The notes beneath the pieces were generated by a model that searched no databases, had not been told where the DNA came from, and saw nothing but the letters and a program-made list of their open reading frames with translations. Position numbers and translations under genes: made by a program. A stretch of 64,000 nucleotides of DNA from Bryobacteraceae bacterium (GTDB taxonomy: Bacteria > Acidobacteriota > Terriglobia > Bryobacterales > Bryobacteraceae), in NCBI GenBank assembly GCA_035575135.1, contig DATLYE010000057.1:13961-77960 (forward strand). Direction: 5' to 3'. This document shows, piece by piece, positions 28,887-39,530 of the stretch; position 1 is the first letter of the stretch; the number at the start of each line of letters is the position of its first letter.

Positions 28887-31800
28887 ACCACAGCACCTTG
28901 AGTCCGAACTGGATCTGGCGCGGAGTGTTGGCCTGGGAGCTGATCACGCCGAAGGTCGAAGAGGTGACGCTGGTGTTTGGCGTACCGAACCGCGGCGTGT
29001 TCCAGGCGTTGAAAAACTCGGCCCGGAACTGGGTGGTGACACGCTCGGTCACGTAGAAATCTTTGAGCAGCGAAAGGTCCCAGTTTCTGACGCCGTCGTT
29101 ACGGATGTCGGGCGAGTAAGGCGAGTGATTGCCGAAGGTGAACGGCGCCGGCTGGCTGAAGACGCTGGTATCGAAGTACTGGTTGAGGCGGTCCTGAACG
29201 CGTCCGGTCTTCCTGCCGCTCCGGCCGTTATTGTTCGGCAGGGTCATGGGCGCGAAGATGCCGGAGGTGTTGCTGGCGGAAATGGCAATCGGAGCGCCGC
29301 TCTGGTACGTGACGATGCCGTTGACCTCCCAGCCGCCGAGCAGAAATTGGGCTGCGCTGCGCAAATCGGTGGCGAAGCGGCGGCCGCGGCCGAACGGCAA
29401 CTGGTAGACGAAGCCCATCACAAAGCGGTGGGCGATGTCGTCGGGGGAAAGCGAGCGGCTGGCGCGCACGTCGTAAGTGTTCTGGTGGCTCCAGCCCGTA
29501 TCGAGCAGTTTGGACCAGGTGTAGGAACCCTCAAAGAGGAGCCCGCCGGAGAACCGCCGTTTGATCGTGTTCTGCCAGGAGTGGTAAATGGAGCTGCCGC
29601 CGGCATCGTACAGCGGGATGATATCGGTGAACTGGGGATAGGGGCGTAGGAGCTGGGCCCGGGCAATGCGTCGTGAAAGATGCACGCCGTTGTTGACGAT
29701 GCCGAAGAAGGGGTTGTCCACCTGCTCGTTCAAGGCGGATCCGAGAGCCATGTGCTTGGGATCGAGCTGGTTGAGGTTCATCCCGCTCTCGGTGCTGCGG
29801 TGGAGCTGGAGTCCGCGATTGCCCACATAGGCGGTTTCGAGCAGGATGCCGCCGGGCAATTCCCGTTGCACCGAGAAGTTCCACATCATGTTCCAGGGCG
29901 AGGGCGATTCGTGGAGGAACGCCTGCAAGTTCGCTCCGGCCTGGGTCAGCAAGCCGTCGCGGTGGCCGGGAACGTCGCGGAAACCCTCCGGATAGGGATT
30001 GCTCAGGCGGTTGAAGGGTGTGATGCCGTCCACAGTAGTGACCCACAAGTACTCGACGCGGAAGCCGAACGGACCCACGGTTCCCTGCGCCGCCTGGCGC
30101 GAAGGGCCGAAGAAATGGCCGTAGCCGGCCCGGATCACGGTCTTGCGGTCCAGCTGGTAAGCCAGGCCGATGCGCGGCGCGAGGTTGTTCAAGTCTTTGC
30201 GGAACTGGTGGCGCGGATTGCCGTCTACGCCGACGAAGCGCACGCCGCCGCTCAGGTTGGGGAATCCGGGCACGACGCCGGCCAGCGGCGAGCGGGCGAA
30301 CGGATCGAACCAGTTCATCCGGTTGTAGCGTTCCGTTCTGGGGAAATCGATCTCGTAGCGCACGCCGAGGTTCAGCGTCAGTCTGGAGGTGACGCGCCAG
30401 TCGTCCTGGAAGTACCAGCCGTGATAGAAGCTTTGCGAAGCCACGTTCTTCCAGTTGCGGATCAGCGTATTGCCCGTCGTTCCCGTGCCGAGCAGCAGCG
30501 AGGCGATGCTGTTGCCGGCGTTGGCGCTGGCCCGGTTGGGATCCGGTCCCTGGGTGAAGCCGGCGCTGAAATTGAAGGTGCCGGCGGCGCGCGCCTCCCA
30601 GACGTTGACGCGGATCAGGCGGCCTTCCCAGCCGAATTTCAAGGCGTGGTCGCCCCGGATTTTGGTGACGTTGGCCAGCGCGGTGTAGGTCATGAAGGCG
30701 TTCCAGCGGTGGTCGTTGCCGCCGAGGTTGACGTAGCCGGAGGCGCCGAAGCGGGGGAACATCCAGCGGTCCACCACGGAATCCACGGCGGAAGGCAGCC
30801 CGAGGCTCGAGGGCTGGAATCCGAGACCCTGGTTGTCGAACATGAACAGCGATCGGGAAAAGCCGAGGCGCGCCGTCAAAATCGTGGTGGGGCTCAGCGT
30901 ATTGGAATAATCGAGTGCGGCCGATGGCTGGTGGACGCCTTCATTGACCCGGCCTTCGGCAATGGCCAGTTCCCCCGGGAACAAGGGCGGCGGTGCATTG
31001 ATGTTGTCGCGCCAGGAGAACCGGCCGAAGAGCCGCTGGGCGGCCGTGAGGTTATAATCCACGCGGCCGTCCAGCTGGTTCTGATCGAAGCGGTGCGCTC
31101 CGGTGGCGAAATAATTGTTCCGTTTGGTCACCGGATCGCCGGGCGTGTTCGGTTCCGGGAAGTAGCGGATGACGTTGCGGGCCACGGGATCCTGCATCAC
31201 CGGAGGGATCACGTTGCCCGGGAACGGATCGCGGATGAAGCCGCTGCCGGAGGGGTTGCGACGCGTAGTGAAGGGGTCGAAGATCTGGACGAGCCGGCCG
31301 TTGGAGGCCAGGGTTTGGGAGAAATCGCCCTGGCGTTCAAGCAGCGTCGGCACGCTGGTGGTCGTGCTGGTGAAGCTCCGCTGCCGCAAGGCTTCGTAGC
31401 TGGCCAGGAAAAAGAGCTTGTCCCGCCGGATGGGGCCGGCCACGTGTGCGCCGAACTGGTTGCGTTTGAAGCTGCCCAGGGGCTGCCCCAGGCGGTTGGC
31501 GAAAAAGTTGTTGGCATCGAGGGCGGAGTTGCGGAGAAACTCGAAGGCGCTGCCGTGCAGGTCGTTGGTGCCCGATTTGTAAACGACGTTGACCACGCCG
31601 CCGTTGCTGCGGCCGAACTCCGCCGAGTAGTTCGTTCCGAGGACGCGGAACTCGGCGATGGCGTCCACGGGAGGGAACGTGGAGTTGCCCGAGAAGCCGT
31701 TGACGGTGGGGTGGGCCGTGCTGACGCCGTCCACCAGGATGTCGAGCATCGAGGTCCGTGCGCCGTTGATGGCAAAGCCCGTCGTGTAGGTGGAGCTCAC

Positions 31801-32292
31801 ACTTCCGGTGACGCCGGGGGTCAGGTAGAGAAGGGTGTAGACGTTCCGCGAATTGAGGGGCAGCGAAACGATGCGCCGGTTGTCCACGACTTTGCTCAAG
31901 CCGGATTGGGTGGTCTCGAGCATCGGGGCGTCGGCAACCACTTCGATGGATTCGGTCACTTCGCCCACCTGGAGCGTGACATCCACGCGCGCGTGCCGCT
32001 GAATGTCCACCCGGATGCCGCGCTGGAGAAATTTCTTGAACCCGGAAGCCGAGACTTCCAGAGCGTACTCGCCCGGGGGCAGCTCGCCGGCGGCATAGTT
32101 GCCGTTGCTTTCGCTGGTGACGACGAGCGTGCGGTTGGTCCCGAGGTGGGTGATTTTGATCTCGGCGGAGGGCACGACCGCGCCGAGGGGGTCGGTGACG
32201 GTGCCGTAGATCCGCCCGGTAAAGGACTGCGCAGCGCAGTGTGCGGCCACCAGCGCGGCGGCGACGAACAGACGAAGGACGGTAAGGGACAT
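28885..32292 (-). CDS. TonB-dependent receptor-like outer membrane protein with CarboxypepD_reg N-domain (1135 aa)
   Basis: SD AAAGGAG before ATG 32292. Signal peptide [60 protein letters not shown]. Plug block [38 protein letters not shown]-terminal QFGLKVLW. The track extension to 32697 runs antisense into accC and was rejected. Confidence 0.85.
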   Translation of the reverse strand: MSLTVLRLFVAAALVAAHCAAQSFTGRIYGTVTDPLGAVVPSAEIKITHLGTNRTLVVTSESNGNYAAGELPPGEYALEVSASGFKKFLQRGIRVDIQRHARVDVTLQVGEVTESIEVVADAPMLETTQSGLSKVVDNRRIVSLPLNSRNVYTLLYLTPGVTGSVSSTYTTGFAINGARTSMLDILVDGVSTAHPTVNGFSGNSTFPPVDAIAEFRVLGTNYSAEFGRSNGGVVNVVYKSGTNDLHGSAFEFLRNSALDANNFFANRLGQPLGSFKRNQFGAHVAGPIRRDKLFFLASYEALRQRSFTSTTTSVPTLLERQGDFSQTLASNGRLVQIFDPFTTRRNPSGSGFIRDPFPGNVIPPVMQDPVARNVIRYFPEPNTPGDPVTKRNNYFATGAHRFDQNQLDGRVDYNLTAAQRLFGRFSWRDNINAPPPLFPGELAIAEGRVNEGVHQPSAALDYSNTLSPTTILTARLGFSRSLFMFDNQGLGFQPSSLGLPSAVDSVVDRWMFPRFGASGYVNLGGNDHRWNAFMTYTALANVTKIRGDHALKFGWEGRLIRVNVWEARAAGTFNFSAGFTQGPDPNRASANAGNSIASLLLGTGTTGNTLIRNWKNVASQSFYHGWYFQDDWRVTSRLTLNLGVRYEIDFPRTERYNRMNWFDPFARSPLAGVVPGFPNLSGGVRFVGVDGNPRHQFRKDLNNLAPRIGLAYQLDRKTVIRAGYGHFFGPSRQAAQGTVGPFGFRVEYLWVTTVDGITPFNRLSNPYPEGFRDVPGHRDGLLTQAGANLQAFLHESPSPWNMMWNFSVQRELPGGILLETAYVGNRGLQLHRSTESGMNLNQLDPKHMALGSALNEQVDNPFFGIVNNGVHLSRRIARAQLLRPYPQFTDIIPLYDAGGSSIYHSWQNTIKRRFSGGLLFEGSYTWSKLLDTGWSHQNTYDVRASRSLSPDDIAHRFVMGFVYQLPFGRGRRFATDLRSAAQFLLGGWEVNGIVTYQSGAPIAISASNTSGIFAPMTLPNNNGRSGRKTGRVQDRLNQYFDTSVFSQPAPFTFGNHSPYSPDIRNDGVRNWDLSLLKDFYVTERVTTQFRAEFFNAWNTPRFGTPNTSVTSSTFGVISSQANTPRQIQFGLKVLW

Positions 32293-32313
32293 GGACGTGG
32301 CTCCTTTCGGCGC

Positions 32314-32343
32314 ATTGTACCTGCCGGCGCCGGATGGGGTCAA
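32314..32343 (-). promoter_or_regulatory. Candidate sigma70-type promoter for the 1135-aa receptor gene
   Basis: The minus strand reads TTGACC-N18-TACAAT (-35 at 32343-32338, -10 at 32319-32314), followed by AAAGGAG and the ATG. The -35 overlaps the accC stop codon. Confidence 0.45.
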
Positions 32344-33707
32344 ACCGCTGCCGGAGCAAGGCGGCGGCGGCTCAAAAAGCGCTCGATGAAATGGGTGTCC
32401 AGTCTGCCGGCCAGGAATTCTTCGTCCTCGAGGATGCGCTGGTGGAGCGGAATCGAGGTGTGGATGCCTTCGATGACGAACATTTCGAGGGCCCGGCGCA
32501 TGCGGGCGACGGCTTCGGCGCGGTCGCGGCCGTAGGTGATCAGCTTGGCGACCAGGGAATCGTAGTAGGGCGGGATCACACAGTCGGTGTAGGCCGCCGT
32601 ATCCACCCGCACGCCGATTCCGCCGGGCACGTTGAAGGCGGTGATGCGGCCGGGCGAAGGAGCAAACGTCTCGGGGTGTTCGGCGTTGATGCGGCACTCC
32701 AGGGCATGTCCGCGGAGGGTAACGGGCGAGGGGATGAATTCGCGCAAGGGTACGCCCGCAGCGGCCAGAATCTGGCCTTTCACCAGGTCCACTCCCGTGA
32801 CAAACTCCGTGACGGGGTGCTCGACCTGAATGCGCGCGTTCACTTCGATGAAATAGAGGGCGCCGGAGTCATCCATGAGAAATTCCACGGTTCCGGCGTT
32901 GGTGTAGCCCACATCATGGAGCGCCTTGCGCAGGCGGTCGGACATGTCCTGGCGCAGGGCGGGCGTCATGACCGGAGAGGGAGATTCCTCGATCAGCTTC
33001 TGGTGGCGCCGCTGGATGGAGCATTCGCGCTCGCCGAACACCTCCACGTTGCCGTGCTCGTCGGCCAGGATCTGGAACTCGATGTGCCGGGGCGCGGGGA
33101 TGAATTTTTCCAGATAGACGTCGGGGCAGGAGAAGGCTGCGGCTGCCTCCTGCTGCGCCTGGATGAACAGGGAGGGCAGTTCGGAAGCCTCGCGCACCAC
33201 TCGCATGCCGCGGCCGCCGCCGCCCGCGGAAGCCTTGAGCATGACCGGGAAGCCGATGGCGCGAGCCGCCTCGAGGGCCTCCTCCGCGGAGCGAACCACA
33301 CCCTCCGAGCCGGGCAGCACCGGTACGCCCGCCGCAGCCATCGCCGCCCGGGCCTTGTCTTTCACGCCCATCAGGCGAGTGACTTCAGGGCGCGGCCCGA
33401 TGAACTTAATGCCGGAGAGTTCGCAGACTTCGGCGAACTCGGCATTCTCGCTCAGAAAACCGTAACCGGGGTGAATGGCCTCGGCATTGGTGATTTCCGC
33501 TGCGCTGATGATCGAGGGGATCTCCAGATAGCTCTTGCTGCTCTTGGCCGGCCCGATGCAGACGGCTTCGTCGGCGAAGCGAACGTGCAGGCTGTAGCGG
33601 TCGGCTTCCGAGTATACGGCCACGGTCCGGATGCCGAGTTCCTTGCAAGCGCAGATGACGCGGAGGGCGATCTCTCCGCGGTTGGCGATCAGGATCTTGC
33701 GAAACAT
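32340..33707 (-). CDS. accC: Acetyl-CoA carboxylase biotin carboxylase subunit
   Basis: [26 protein letters not shown].. N-terminus and ATP-grasp blocks ([10 protein letters not shown]). 455 aa. Follows accB. Confidence 0.96.
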   Translation of the reverse strand: MFRKILIANRGEIALRVICACKELGIRTVAVYSEADRYSLHVRFADEAVCIGPAKSSKSYLEIPSIISAAEITNAEAIHPGYGFLSENAEFAEVCELSGIKFIGPRPEVTRLMGVKDKARAAMAAAGVPVLPGSEGVVRSAEEALEAARAIGFPVMLKASAGGGGRGMRVVREASELPSLFIQAQQEAAAAFSCPDVYLEKFIPAPRHIEFQILADEHGNVEVFGERECSIQRRHQKLIEESPSPVMTPALRQDMSDRLRKALHDVGYTNAGTVEFLMDDSGALYFIEVNARIQVEHPVTEFVTGVDLVKGQILAAAGVPLREFIPSPVTLRGHALECRINAEHPETFAPSPGRITAFNVPGGIGVRVDTAAYTDCVIPPYYDSLVAKLITYGRDRAEAVARMRRALEMFVIEGIHTSIPLHQRILEDEEFLAGRLDTHFIERFLSRRRLAPAAV

Positions 33708-33732
33708 GGGAGCGGATCCAGCAGGCGCCCGC

Positions 33733-34218
33733 TTACAGCGGCCGGATGGCGAAGAGCGCTTCGCCGTACTCGACCGGCTGGGCGTTTTCCACAAACCGCT
33801 TGGTGACGACGCCGGCCACCTCGGCCTCGATCTCGTTCATCAGTTTCATGGACTCGATAATGCACAAGACCTGGCCGGGCTGGACGGTGTCGCCGATCTG
33901 AACAAAAGGCGGTGCTTCTGGAGAGGGCGATTCGTAAAAGGTTCCGACGATCGGGGACTTGACGATGATGAGCGAACTATCCAGGTCCGCCTCGGGCTCC
34001 TGCGCCGCCGCTGCGGCGCCAGCGGATGCCGGGGGCGTGTTGTTCGAGCTGCGCTGCGGGGGCAATTCCGCCACGACGGTCTGCGAGGCGGGCGGGGGAG
34101 TCCGACGGATGCGCACGCGGCTGTCTCCGCGCTGGACTTCGAGCTCGTCCACACCGGATTCGGTGACCAGCCTGATGAACTCCTTGATCTCTTCGATGGT
34201 CATGTTTTCCTGCCGCAC
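33733..34218 (-). CDS. accB: Acetyl-CoA carboxylase biotin carboxyl carrier protein
   Basis: Pro/Ala linker. Biotinyl-lysine motif [13 protein letters not shown]. The start could instead be ATG 34203 (MTIEEIKE). Confidence 0.93.
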   Translation of the reverse strand: MRQENMTIEEIKEFIRLVTESGVDELEVQRGDSRVRIRRTPPPASQTVVAELPPQRSSNNTPPASAGAAAAAQEPEADLDSSLIIVKSPIVGTFYESPSPEAPPFVQIGDTVQPGQVLCIIESMKLMNEIEAEVAGVVTKRFVENAQPVEYGEALFAIRPL

Positions 34219-34224
34219 CGGCTC

Positions 34225-35304
34225 CTAGAGCTCCACGAGTTCCTTCGGCACAGGGGTCAGCGTCTCACATCCGGCCGGCGTTACGATTACCGTGTCCTCG
34301 ATGCGTATGCCTCCAAGCTCTTCGAAGTATACGCCAGGCTCGATGGTGAGCGCCATGCCCGCCTCCAGGCGGGTCACGTCGCCCTTTCCCAGCCGTGGCC
34401 GTTCGTGCACTTCGAGCCCCAGGCCGTGGCCGGTGGAGTGAACGAACGCTCGAGCGAGCCCGGCCTTGCGCAAAGTCCTGCGTGCGGCCCGGTCCACGCT
34501 TTCGGCCGTGGCGCCGGGGCGCACCGCTTCGAGGGCGGCCTGGTGGGCCTCCAGCACGGCCCGATAAAGATCACGAACCTTCCGGCTGGGGCGCCCGAGA
34601 TGGAGCATGCGGGTCATGTCACTGGCGTAACCGTCCTCGATAGCCCCCATATCAATCAATAGCAATTGGTTGGAGCCGAGGCAATTTGCCGTGGGGCGGG
34701 CGTGGGGGTGGGCGGAGCGGGGTCCTGCGGCCACAATGGTTTCAAAGGCGGGGCGCTCGGCCCCGAGCCGCCGCGCCCGGTAGTCGAGCTCGGCGGCGAC
34801 TTCGAGTTCCCGCATGCCGGGGCGAATCAGCGGCAAGGTTTCCAGGAACGCCTTGCAGGCGGTTTCCACCGAGCGGCGGATACGGGCGATCTCTTCGGCG
34901 GATTTCACCATGCGCCGGTTCTCCACCAGGCCGCCGGCGGGGACCAGCCGCGCCGCCTCGGGCAGCTCCTTGTCGAGTTGCTCGAAGAGGGCGTAAGAAA
35001 GATGGGCCGGATCAAAACCGATGCGCCGCAGCCGCAGGCGGCGGATCGAGGCTGCCAAGGGTCCGGTCAGAGGACCCTTGGCCACGGTGATGCGAGAGGC
35101 ACACTCCAGGGAGGCTTGCAACTTGTAGCGGGGGTCGGTAAAGAGGCGGCTGCCGTCACGAGTGACCAGGAGCAGTGCGTGGCTGCCGGTGAAGCCGCTG
35201 AGGTAACGGATGCTGGCGGGGGAGGAGACGATCAACGCGTCAAGGCCGTGCTCGGCCAGGTCGCAGGCGAGCCGGCGCTGCCGCGATTGCAACTCTGCCC
35301 GCAC
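34225..35304 (-). CDS. M24 family Xaa-Pro peptidase
   Basis: Creatinase-like N-domain, then the pita-bread metal-ligand blocks (DMGA..DGYASDMTR, HSTGHGLGLEVHE, LTIEPG, IRIEDTV). Confidence 0.9.
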   Translation of the reverse strand: MRAELQSRQRRLACDLAEHGLDALIVSSPASIRYLSGFTGSHALLLVTRDGSRLFTDPRYKLQASLECASRITVAKGPLTGPLAASIRRLRLRRIGFDPAHLSYALFEQLDKELPEAARLVPAGGLVENRRMVKSAEEIARIRRSVETACKAFLETLPLIRPGMRELEVAAELDYRARRLGAERPAFETIVAAGPRSAHPHARPTANCLGSNQLLLIDMGAIEDGYASDMTRMLHLGRPSRKVRDLYRAVLEAHQAALEAVRPGATAESVDRAARRTLRKAGLARAFVHSTGHGLGLEVHERPRLGKGDVTRLEAGMALTIEPGVYFEELGGIRIEDTVIVTPAGCETLTPVPKELVEL

Positions 35305-35310
35305 GCCGCG

Positions 35311-36282
35311 TCAGCCCGGCAGGAGCAAAAGCTTGCCGGAGGTGGCCCGAGAGGCCAGATCCCGGTGCGCCTGAGCGGCTTCGGAAAGCGGGTAGGTGCG
35401 CTCAATGCGGAGCTTGAGACGTCCGTCCGCGATCCAGTTCAGCACGTCGCCGGCCCTCCAGAGCAGCTCCTGGCGTGTCTGGCAGTAGTGGGCCAGGCTG
35501 GGTCTGGTCAAAAAGAGCGAGCCTTTCTGGCTGAGAATCAACGGCTGGATGGGCGGCACCGCACCGCTGGCGTTGCCGAAAGAAACCATCATCCCGCGGG
35601 GGCGCAGGCTGTCCAGGCTCTTCTCCCACGTCGCCGCGCCGACCGAGTCGTAGACCACGTCCACGCCGCGGCCGCCGGTCAGGCGCCGGACTTCGGCCTG
35701 GAAATCCTGCTCGGTGTAAAGGATGACCTCGTCGGCGCCCGCCTGGCGGGCCAGAGCGGCTTTGGCCGCCGTAGAGGTGGTGCCCAAGACCCGCGCACCG
35801 CGCATCTTCGCCATCTGCACGAGCAGCAGTCCCACCCCGCCGGCGGCGGCGTGGACCAGCGCGGTGTCGCCTTCTTTGAGCGGGAAGGTGGAGTGCGTCA
35901 GGTAATGGGCCGTCATGCCCTGGAGCATGGCGGCGGCGGCGGTCTGGAAGTCCATGCCGTGGGGGAGCTTCACGAGTTGCCAGGCCGGGACTACCTGGTA
36001 GTCGGCATACGAGCCGCGGCACATGGCGTAGGCCACCGGATCGCCGGGCGCCACTTCCGTCACTCCCTCCCCCACGGCTTCGACCACGCCAGCTCCTTCC
36101 ATGCCGATGGCGATCGGCGGGTCGGCCTTGTACAGCCCGGTGCGGTAGTAAATGTCGATGAAATTCACGCCCGCTGCGGCAATTTTGACGAGAGCCTCCC
36201 CGGGCCCGGGCGAGGGTTTGGGGATTTCCACCAGTTGCAATTGCTCCGGGCCGCCGGGAGTTTCCACAACAATTGCCTTCAT
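35311..36282 (-). CDS. qor: NADPH:quinone oxidoreductase (zeta-crystallin-type MDR)
   Basis: MKAIVVETPGGPEQLQLVEIPKPSPGPGEALVKIAAAGVNFIDIYYRTGLY. Nucleotide motif AAAGGVG. The ATG overlaps the upstream stop (ATGA). The track extension to 36957 was rejected. Confidence 0.88.
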   Translation of the reverse strand: MKAIVVETPGGPEQLQLVEIPKPSPGPGEALVKIAAAGVNFIDIYYRTGLYKADPPIAIGMEGAGVVEAVGEGVTEVAPGDPVAYAMCRGSYADYQVVPAWQLVKLPHGMDFQTAAAAMLQGMTAHYLTHSTFPLKEGDTALVHAAAGGVGLLLVQMAKMRGARVLGTTSTAAKAALARQAGADEVILYTEQDFQAEVRRLTGGRGVDVVYDSVGAATWEKSLDSLRPRGMMVSFGNASGAVPPIQPLILSQKGSLFLTRPSLAHYCQTRQELLWRAGDVLNWIADGRLKLRIERTYPLSEAAQAHRDLASRATSGKLLLLPG

Positions 36283-36827
36283 GAGAGCACCTTTCGCCTG
36301 AGATGGACCAGCGCCGCGTACAGCAGCAGATAGACCAGTGTAAACGGAAACGCCAGCAGGCGCAGCGCGCCGGAAACGGCGGCCGCCCCGGTGAGGCCCG
36401 AACGGACGGCGACAAACTGGCACACGGTGCGCCAGTTGGTCCGGTCCAGCCAGAAATAGTCTGCATTCTCGTTGACGATCAGGACCTTTACCGGCAGCAA
36501 GAGCGCGAGCGCCCACTTCCATTTCGTCATGACCGGCTCGCCGGAGCAGAGCATGACCAGCGCTGCGGGACGGTGCGAGCGGAGGGCGCGCGCCAGGCGG
36601 CGGAGCCCGTCGCGGCCGCGGTATTCGTGGATGCGCCAGACGGCGGTGCGCTGCGGGTCCAGACCAGCGGGCAGGCCGCCGTAACAGGTGACCAGATCCA
36701 CAGCCGCCTCCGGGCCGAAGGTCTGGTGCAGATACGGGAGGACCGCTTCCACGAGATGGCGCGAACCGCTTTCGACCAGGACCAGGCGGCCGGCGCGGGG
36801 CACGCGCCGCGTCAGCAAATAACGCAT
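36279..36827 (-). CDS. Hypothetical protein with C-terminal membrane anchor(s)
   Basis: 182 aa. Rossmann-like N-half (RLVLVESGSRHLVEAVLPYL..VDLVTC..ALVMLCSGEP). Hydrophobic KWKWALALLLPVKVLIV and the C-terminal LRLLAFPFTLVYLLLYAALV. No family recognised. Translationally coupled to qor. Confidence 0.5.
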   Translation of the reverse strand: MRYLLTRRVPRAGRLVLVESGSRHLVEAVLPYLHQTFGPEAAVDLVTCYGGLPAGLDPQRTAVWRIHEYRGRDGLRRLARALRSHRPAALVMLCSGEPVMTKWKWALALLLPVKVLIVNENADYFWLDRTNWRTVCQFVAVRSGLTGAAAVSGALRLLAFPFTLVYLLLYAALVHLRRKVLS

Positions 36828-36931
36828 ACGAGCGACCGATAGGGTAGCACGGCCGGGACAGATTCGTGCACGCCTGCGCTAATGCGTTGACCCACAGGCA
36901 CCGATCAGTACGGGGGTCCTCTGAAGATTCC

Positions 36932-38515
36932 ATGGTGTGCGCTCCCGATCGGGGCAAGACGGTGAAGTGGAGCGGGTGGTTGTCCCCCTCGTTGAGCGAC
37001 TGCTATCTGGTTGCGCTGCTGGCCTGGCTGTTTGCCGCCGGAGCCGGCTGGGAGGGGCTGCTGGCTGACGGCGACACGGGCTGGCACATCCGCACCGGCG
37101 ATTACATTCTCGAGACGGGCTCGATTCCGCGCCAGGATCTGTTCTCCTACACCCGGCCGGGCGAGCCCTGGTTCGCCTGGGAATGGCTCTCGGATTTGAT
37201 ACTGGCCTGGGTTCATCGCCAATGGGGTTTGCCGGGCGTCGCGGCGTTGGCAGGCGTCGTGATCGCTTCGGCCATGCTGGTTCTGTTCCGGTGGATGCTG
37301 TGGCGGGGAACGAATTTGTTCGTAGCGCTCGGGGTGGCGCTGCTGGCGGCCGGAGCCAGTTCTATTCACTTTCTGGCGCGGCCTCACGTGGCGACGTTAC
37401 TGTTGCTGCCGCTGTCGCTGTGGGCCGTGGAGCGCGACCTCAAGCGCGAGGGCGGCCGCCTGTGGCTGCTGGTTCCGCTGAGTGTGCTCTGGACCAATCT
37501 GCACGGCGGCTTTTTGGCGCTGCCCGCGACGCTGGCCGCCGTGGCGGCGGGGCTGTGTGTGGAAACGCTGCGGCGGAGGCGGGGTGAGCGCAACTGGCGC
37601 CGCCCGCTGCGATATGCCGTGCTGGCGGGCGCCTGCGGGCTGGCTTCGCTGTTGAACCCCTACGGGGCGGCCTTGCATGTGCACGTGGCGGGCTATCTGA
37701 ATTCCGATTGGATCCGCAACGTGGTCATGGAGTTCCGCGCGCCCAGTTTTCGCACCGAAAATCAGTTGCAGTTCGAGGCGTTGCTGCTTGGGGGGCTGCT
37801 GGCGGCCGGATGGCGGCTGTCGCAGGGGCGCATCCACGAAAGCCTCCCGGTGATTCTGTGGGCGCACCTGGCGCTGGGCTCGGTGCGCCACGCGCCCCTG
37901 TACGCGGTGGTGGCGGCTCCGCTGGTGGCTTCTGCGCTGAGCGAGCTGTGGGAGAAGTGGGAGGCCAGGGCCGGGCGGGGCTCGGTCGCGGCCGTGCTGG
38001 GGGCTGTGGCGCGCGATTTCGGCGCCCGAGGGGGCCGCCTGACGCCGTGGGCGGCGGCGGGCGTTGCGGCCGTGCTGCTCCTCACGCCGGAGCAGAAATG
38101 GCCGCGCGATTTTCCCGACCATGCCTTTCCGACCTCGCTGGTGCGCTCGCAGGCATCGCTGTTGCGCCAGGGGCGGGTGTTCACCTCCGATGAGTGGGCC
38201 GACTATCTGATCTACCGCAACTGGCCGCGGCAGCGCGTCTTCATGGACGGGCGCAGCGACTTTTACGGTCCCTCGATCGGCAATCAGTACATTGCGCTCA
38301 TGCAGGCGCAGCCGGGCTGGGAGCGGATCCTGGCCCGCTATGGCTGCGACGTCGTGCTGGTGCCGGCCCGCTGGGGGCTTGCCGCGTTGCTCGAAGCCGA
38401 CCCTGGATGGCGACTGGTTGCCGCCGACGGCCGGGCCAAGCTGTTCCGGCGGGCCGGCCCCCCAACCTCTGTGAAGGGAGAGCGCACTAATCTGACCGCT
38501 CGTTCCTACCGATAG
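36932..38515 (+). CDS. Polytopic membrane protein with C-terminal soluble domain (GT-C-like putative glycosyltransferase)
   Basis: About 10 or more hydrophobic segments. First-loop motif DGDTGWHIRTGDYILETGSIPRQDLFSYT. C-terminal non-membrane domain of about 120 aa. The start is uncertain (ATG 36932 or GTG 36866). Confidence 0.55.
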   Translation: MVCAPDRGKTVKWSGWLSPSLSDCYLVALLAWLFAAGAGWEGLLADGDTGWHIRTGDYILETGSIPRQDLFSYTRPGEPWFAWEWLSDLILAWVHRQWGLPGVAALAGVVIASAMLVLFRWMLWRGTNLFVALGVALLAAGASSIHFLARPHVATLLLLPLSLWAVERDLKREGGRLWLLVPLSVLWTNLHGGFLALPATLAAVAAGLCVETLRRRRGERNWRRPLRYAVLAGACGLASLLNPYGAALHVHVAGYLNSDWIRNVVMEFRAPSFRTENQLQFEALLLGGLLAAGWRLSQGRIHESLPVILWAHLALGSVRHAPLYAVVAAPLVASALSELWEKWEARAGRGSVAAVLGAVARDFGARGGRLTPWAAAGVAAVLLLTPEQKWPRDFPDHAFPTSLVRSQASLLRQGRVFTSDEWADYLIYRNWPRQRVFMDGRSDFYGPSIGNQYIALMQAQPGWERILARYGCDVVLVPARWGLAALLEADPGWRLVAADGRAKLFRRAGPPTSVKGERTNLTARSYR

Positions 38516-38651
38516 AACGCCAGGAGGAGTCCCGAGATGAACCAAGGAGCCAGTCTCGGCTGCCAGAGGGTCTGGGAAACGGGCCCGGCGCGGATGTGCT
38601 GCGGCGCGTCGCGGAGACGACACGGGTGAGGGGGGAGGAACGAGGGACTCT

Positions 38652-39530
38652 ATGGACCGCAGATTCATAACCGTTCTCGGCGTGAGCCTGCTGTTTGCGC
38701 TCATTGTTTCGAGCCTTTTTTATCAGGTGAGCCGCGGGCGCCGGTCTTCTCCCCGTGCGGCGGCGGTGCCGATGAAGGACGTGGTGGTGGCGGCGCGGGA
38801 GCTGGAGGTGGGGGCCACGATCCGCCCCGAAGACGTCAAGGCCGCCAAGCTGCCGGCTCCGCTGGTGCCGCAGGGTTCGTTTGCCCGCGTCGAGGAGGTG
38901 GTGGGGCGCCCGGTGACCAGCAAGATTCTGGCGGGCGAGCCGGTGCTGGCGGGCCGGCTGGCCGAACGAGGCAGCGGCTTCGGTCTGGCGCCCATCATTC
39001 CGACGGGCATGCGGGCGGTCTCGGTGCGGGTCAATGACGTCGCCAATGTGGCGGGCTTTGCCCTGCCGGGCATGCGGGTGGACGTGCTGGCGACGTTGCG
39101 GCCTCAGGGCGAGGAGGGACCTCGCACGACCACGGTACTGCAGAACATCCTGGTGCTTTCGGCCGGACAGCAGCTCCAGCCGGATGCCAGCGGCAAGCCG
39201 ATCAACGTGCCGGTGGTGACGCTGCTGGTGACGCCGGAGCAGGCCGAGACGCTGACGCTGGCGAGCAATGAGGGGCGCATCCAGCTGGTGCTGCGCAACG
39301 CGACCGATAAAGAGGTGCAGAAGACGCCCGGAAAGGCTCTGGCCGAACTGTACGGCGCGCCAAGGCCGGTGGCGCGGCCCGTGCGGGCTCCGGCGCCGGT
39401 CAGGGCCGCCGCGGCTCCGCCGCCGGCTCCACCGCCGCGGCCGGCGGTGGAACCGGAACCGGAGCAGATCGTGGTCATCCGCGGCACACAGAAAACCATC
39501 GAGGTGTTGGGCAATGCCAGGTCCAATTGA
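38652..39530 (+). CDS. cpaB: Flp/Tad pilus assembly protein CpaB (RcpC)
   Basis: N-terminal TM segment. SAF-like VVVAARELEVGATIRPEDVKAAKLP. Block MRAVSVRVNDVANVAGFALPGMRVDVLAT. Pro/Ala-rich tail. Confidence 0.88.
   Translation: MDRRFITVLGVSLLFALIVSSLFYQVSRGRRSSPRAAAVPMKDVVVAARELEVGATIRPEDVKAAKLPAPLVPQGSFARVEEVVGRPVTSKILAGEPVLAGRLAERGSGFGLAPIIPTGMRAVSVRVNDVANVAGFALPGMRVDVLATLRPQGEEGPRTTTVLQNILVLSAGQQLQPDASGKPINVPVVTLLVTPEQAETLTLASNEGRIQLVLRNATDKEVQKTPGKALAELYGAPRPVARPVRAPAPVRAAAAPPPAPPPRPAVEPEPEQIVVIRGTQKTIEVLGNARSN

Noticed and set aside
29680-32535. 951-aa plus-strand ORF
   Set aside because: Antisense to the 1135-aa TonB-dependent-type receptor, which has a signal peptide, plug motifs and a C-terminal aromatic residue. 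No domain signature. High-GC artefact.
34666-36333. 555-aa plus-strand ORF
   Set aside because: Antisense to the M24 peptidase and qor genes, both of which are recognisable along their full length.
38537-38629. 30-codon ORF (MNQGASLGCQRVWETGPARMCCGASRRRHG) with an AGGAGG upstream, considered as the missing Flp pilin just before cpaB
   Set aside because: It has no hydrophobic segment, no Flp leader and no G/xxxxEY motif. Composition is consistent with chance in a GC-rich spacer. At most it is a leader peptide, and that is unsupported.
37397-38704. 435-aa minus-strand ORF
   Set aside because: Antisense to the polytopic membrane protein gene. The product is Arg/Pro/Gln-rich with no hydrophobic or catalytic motifs.
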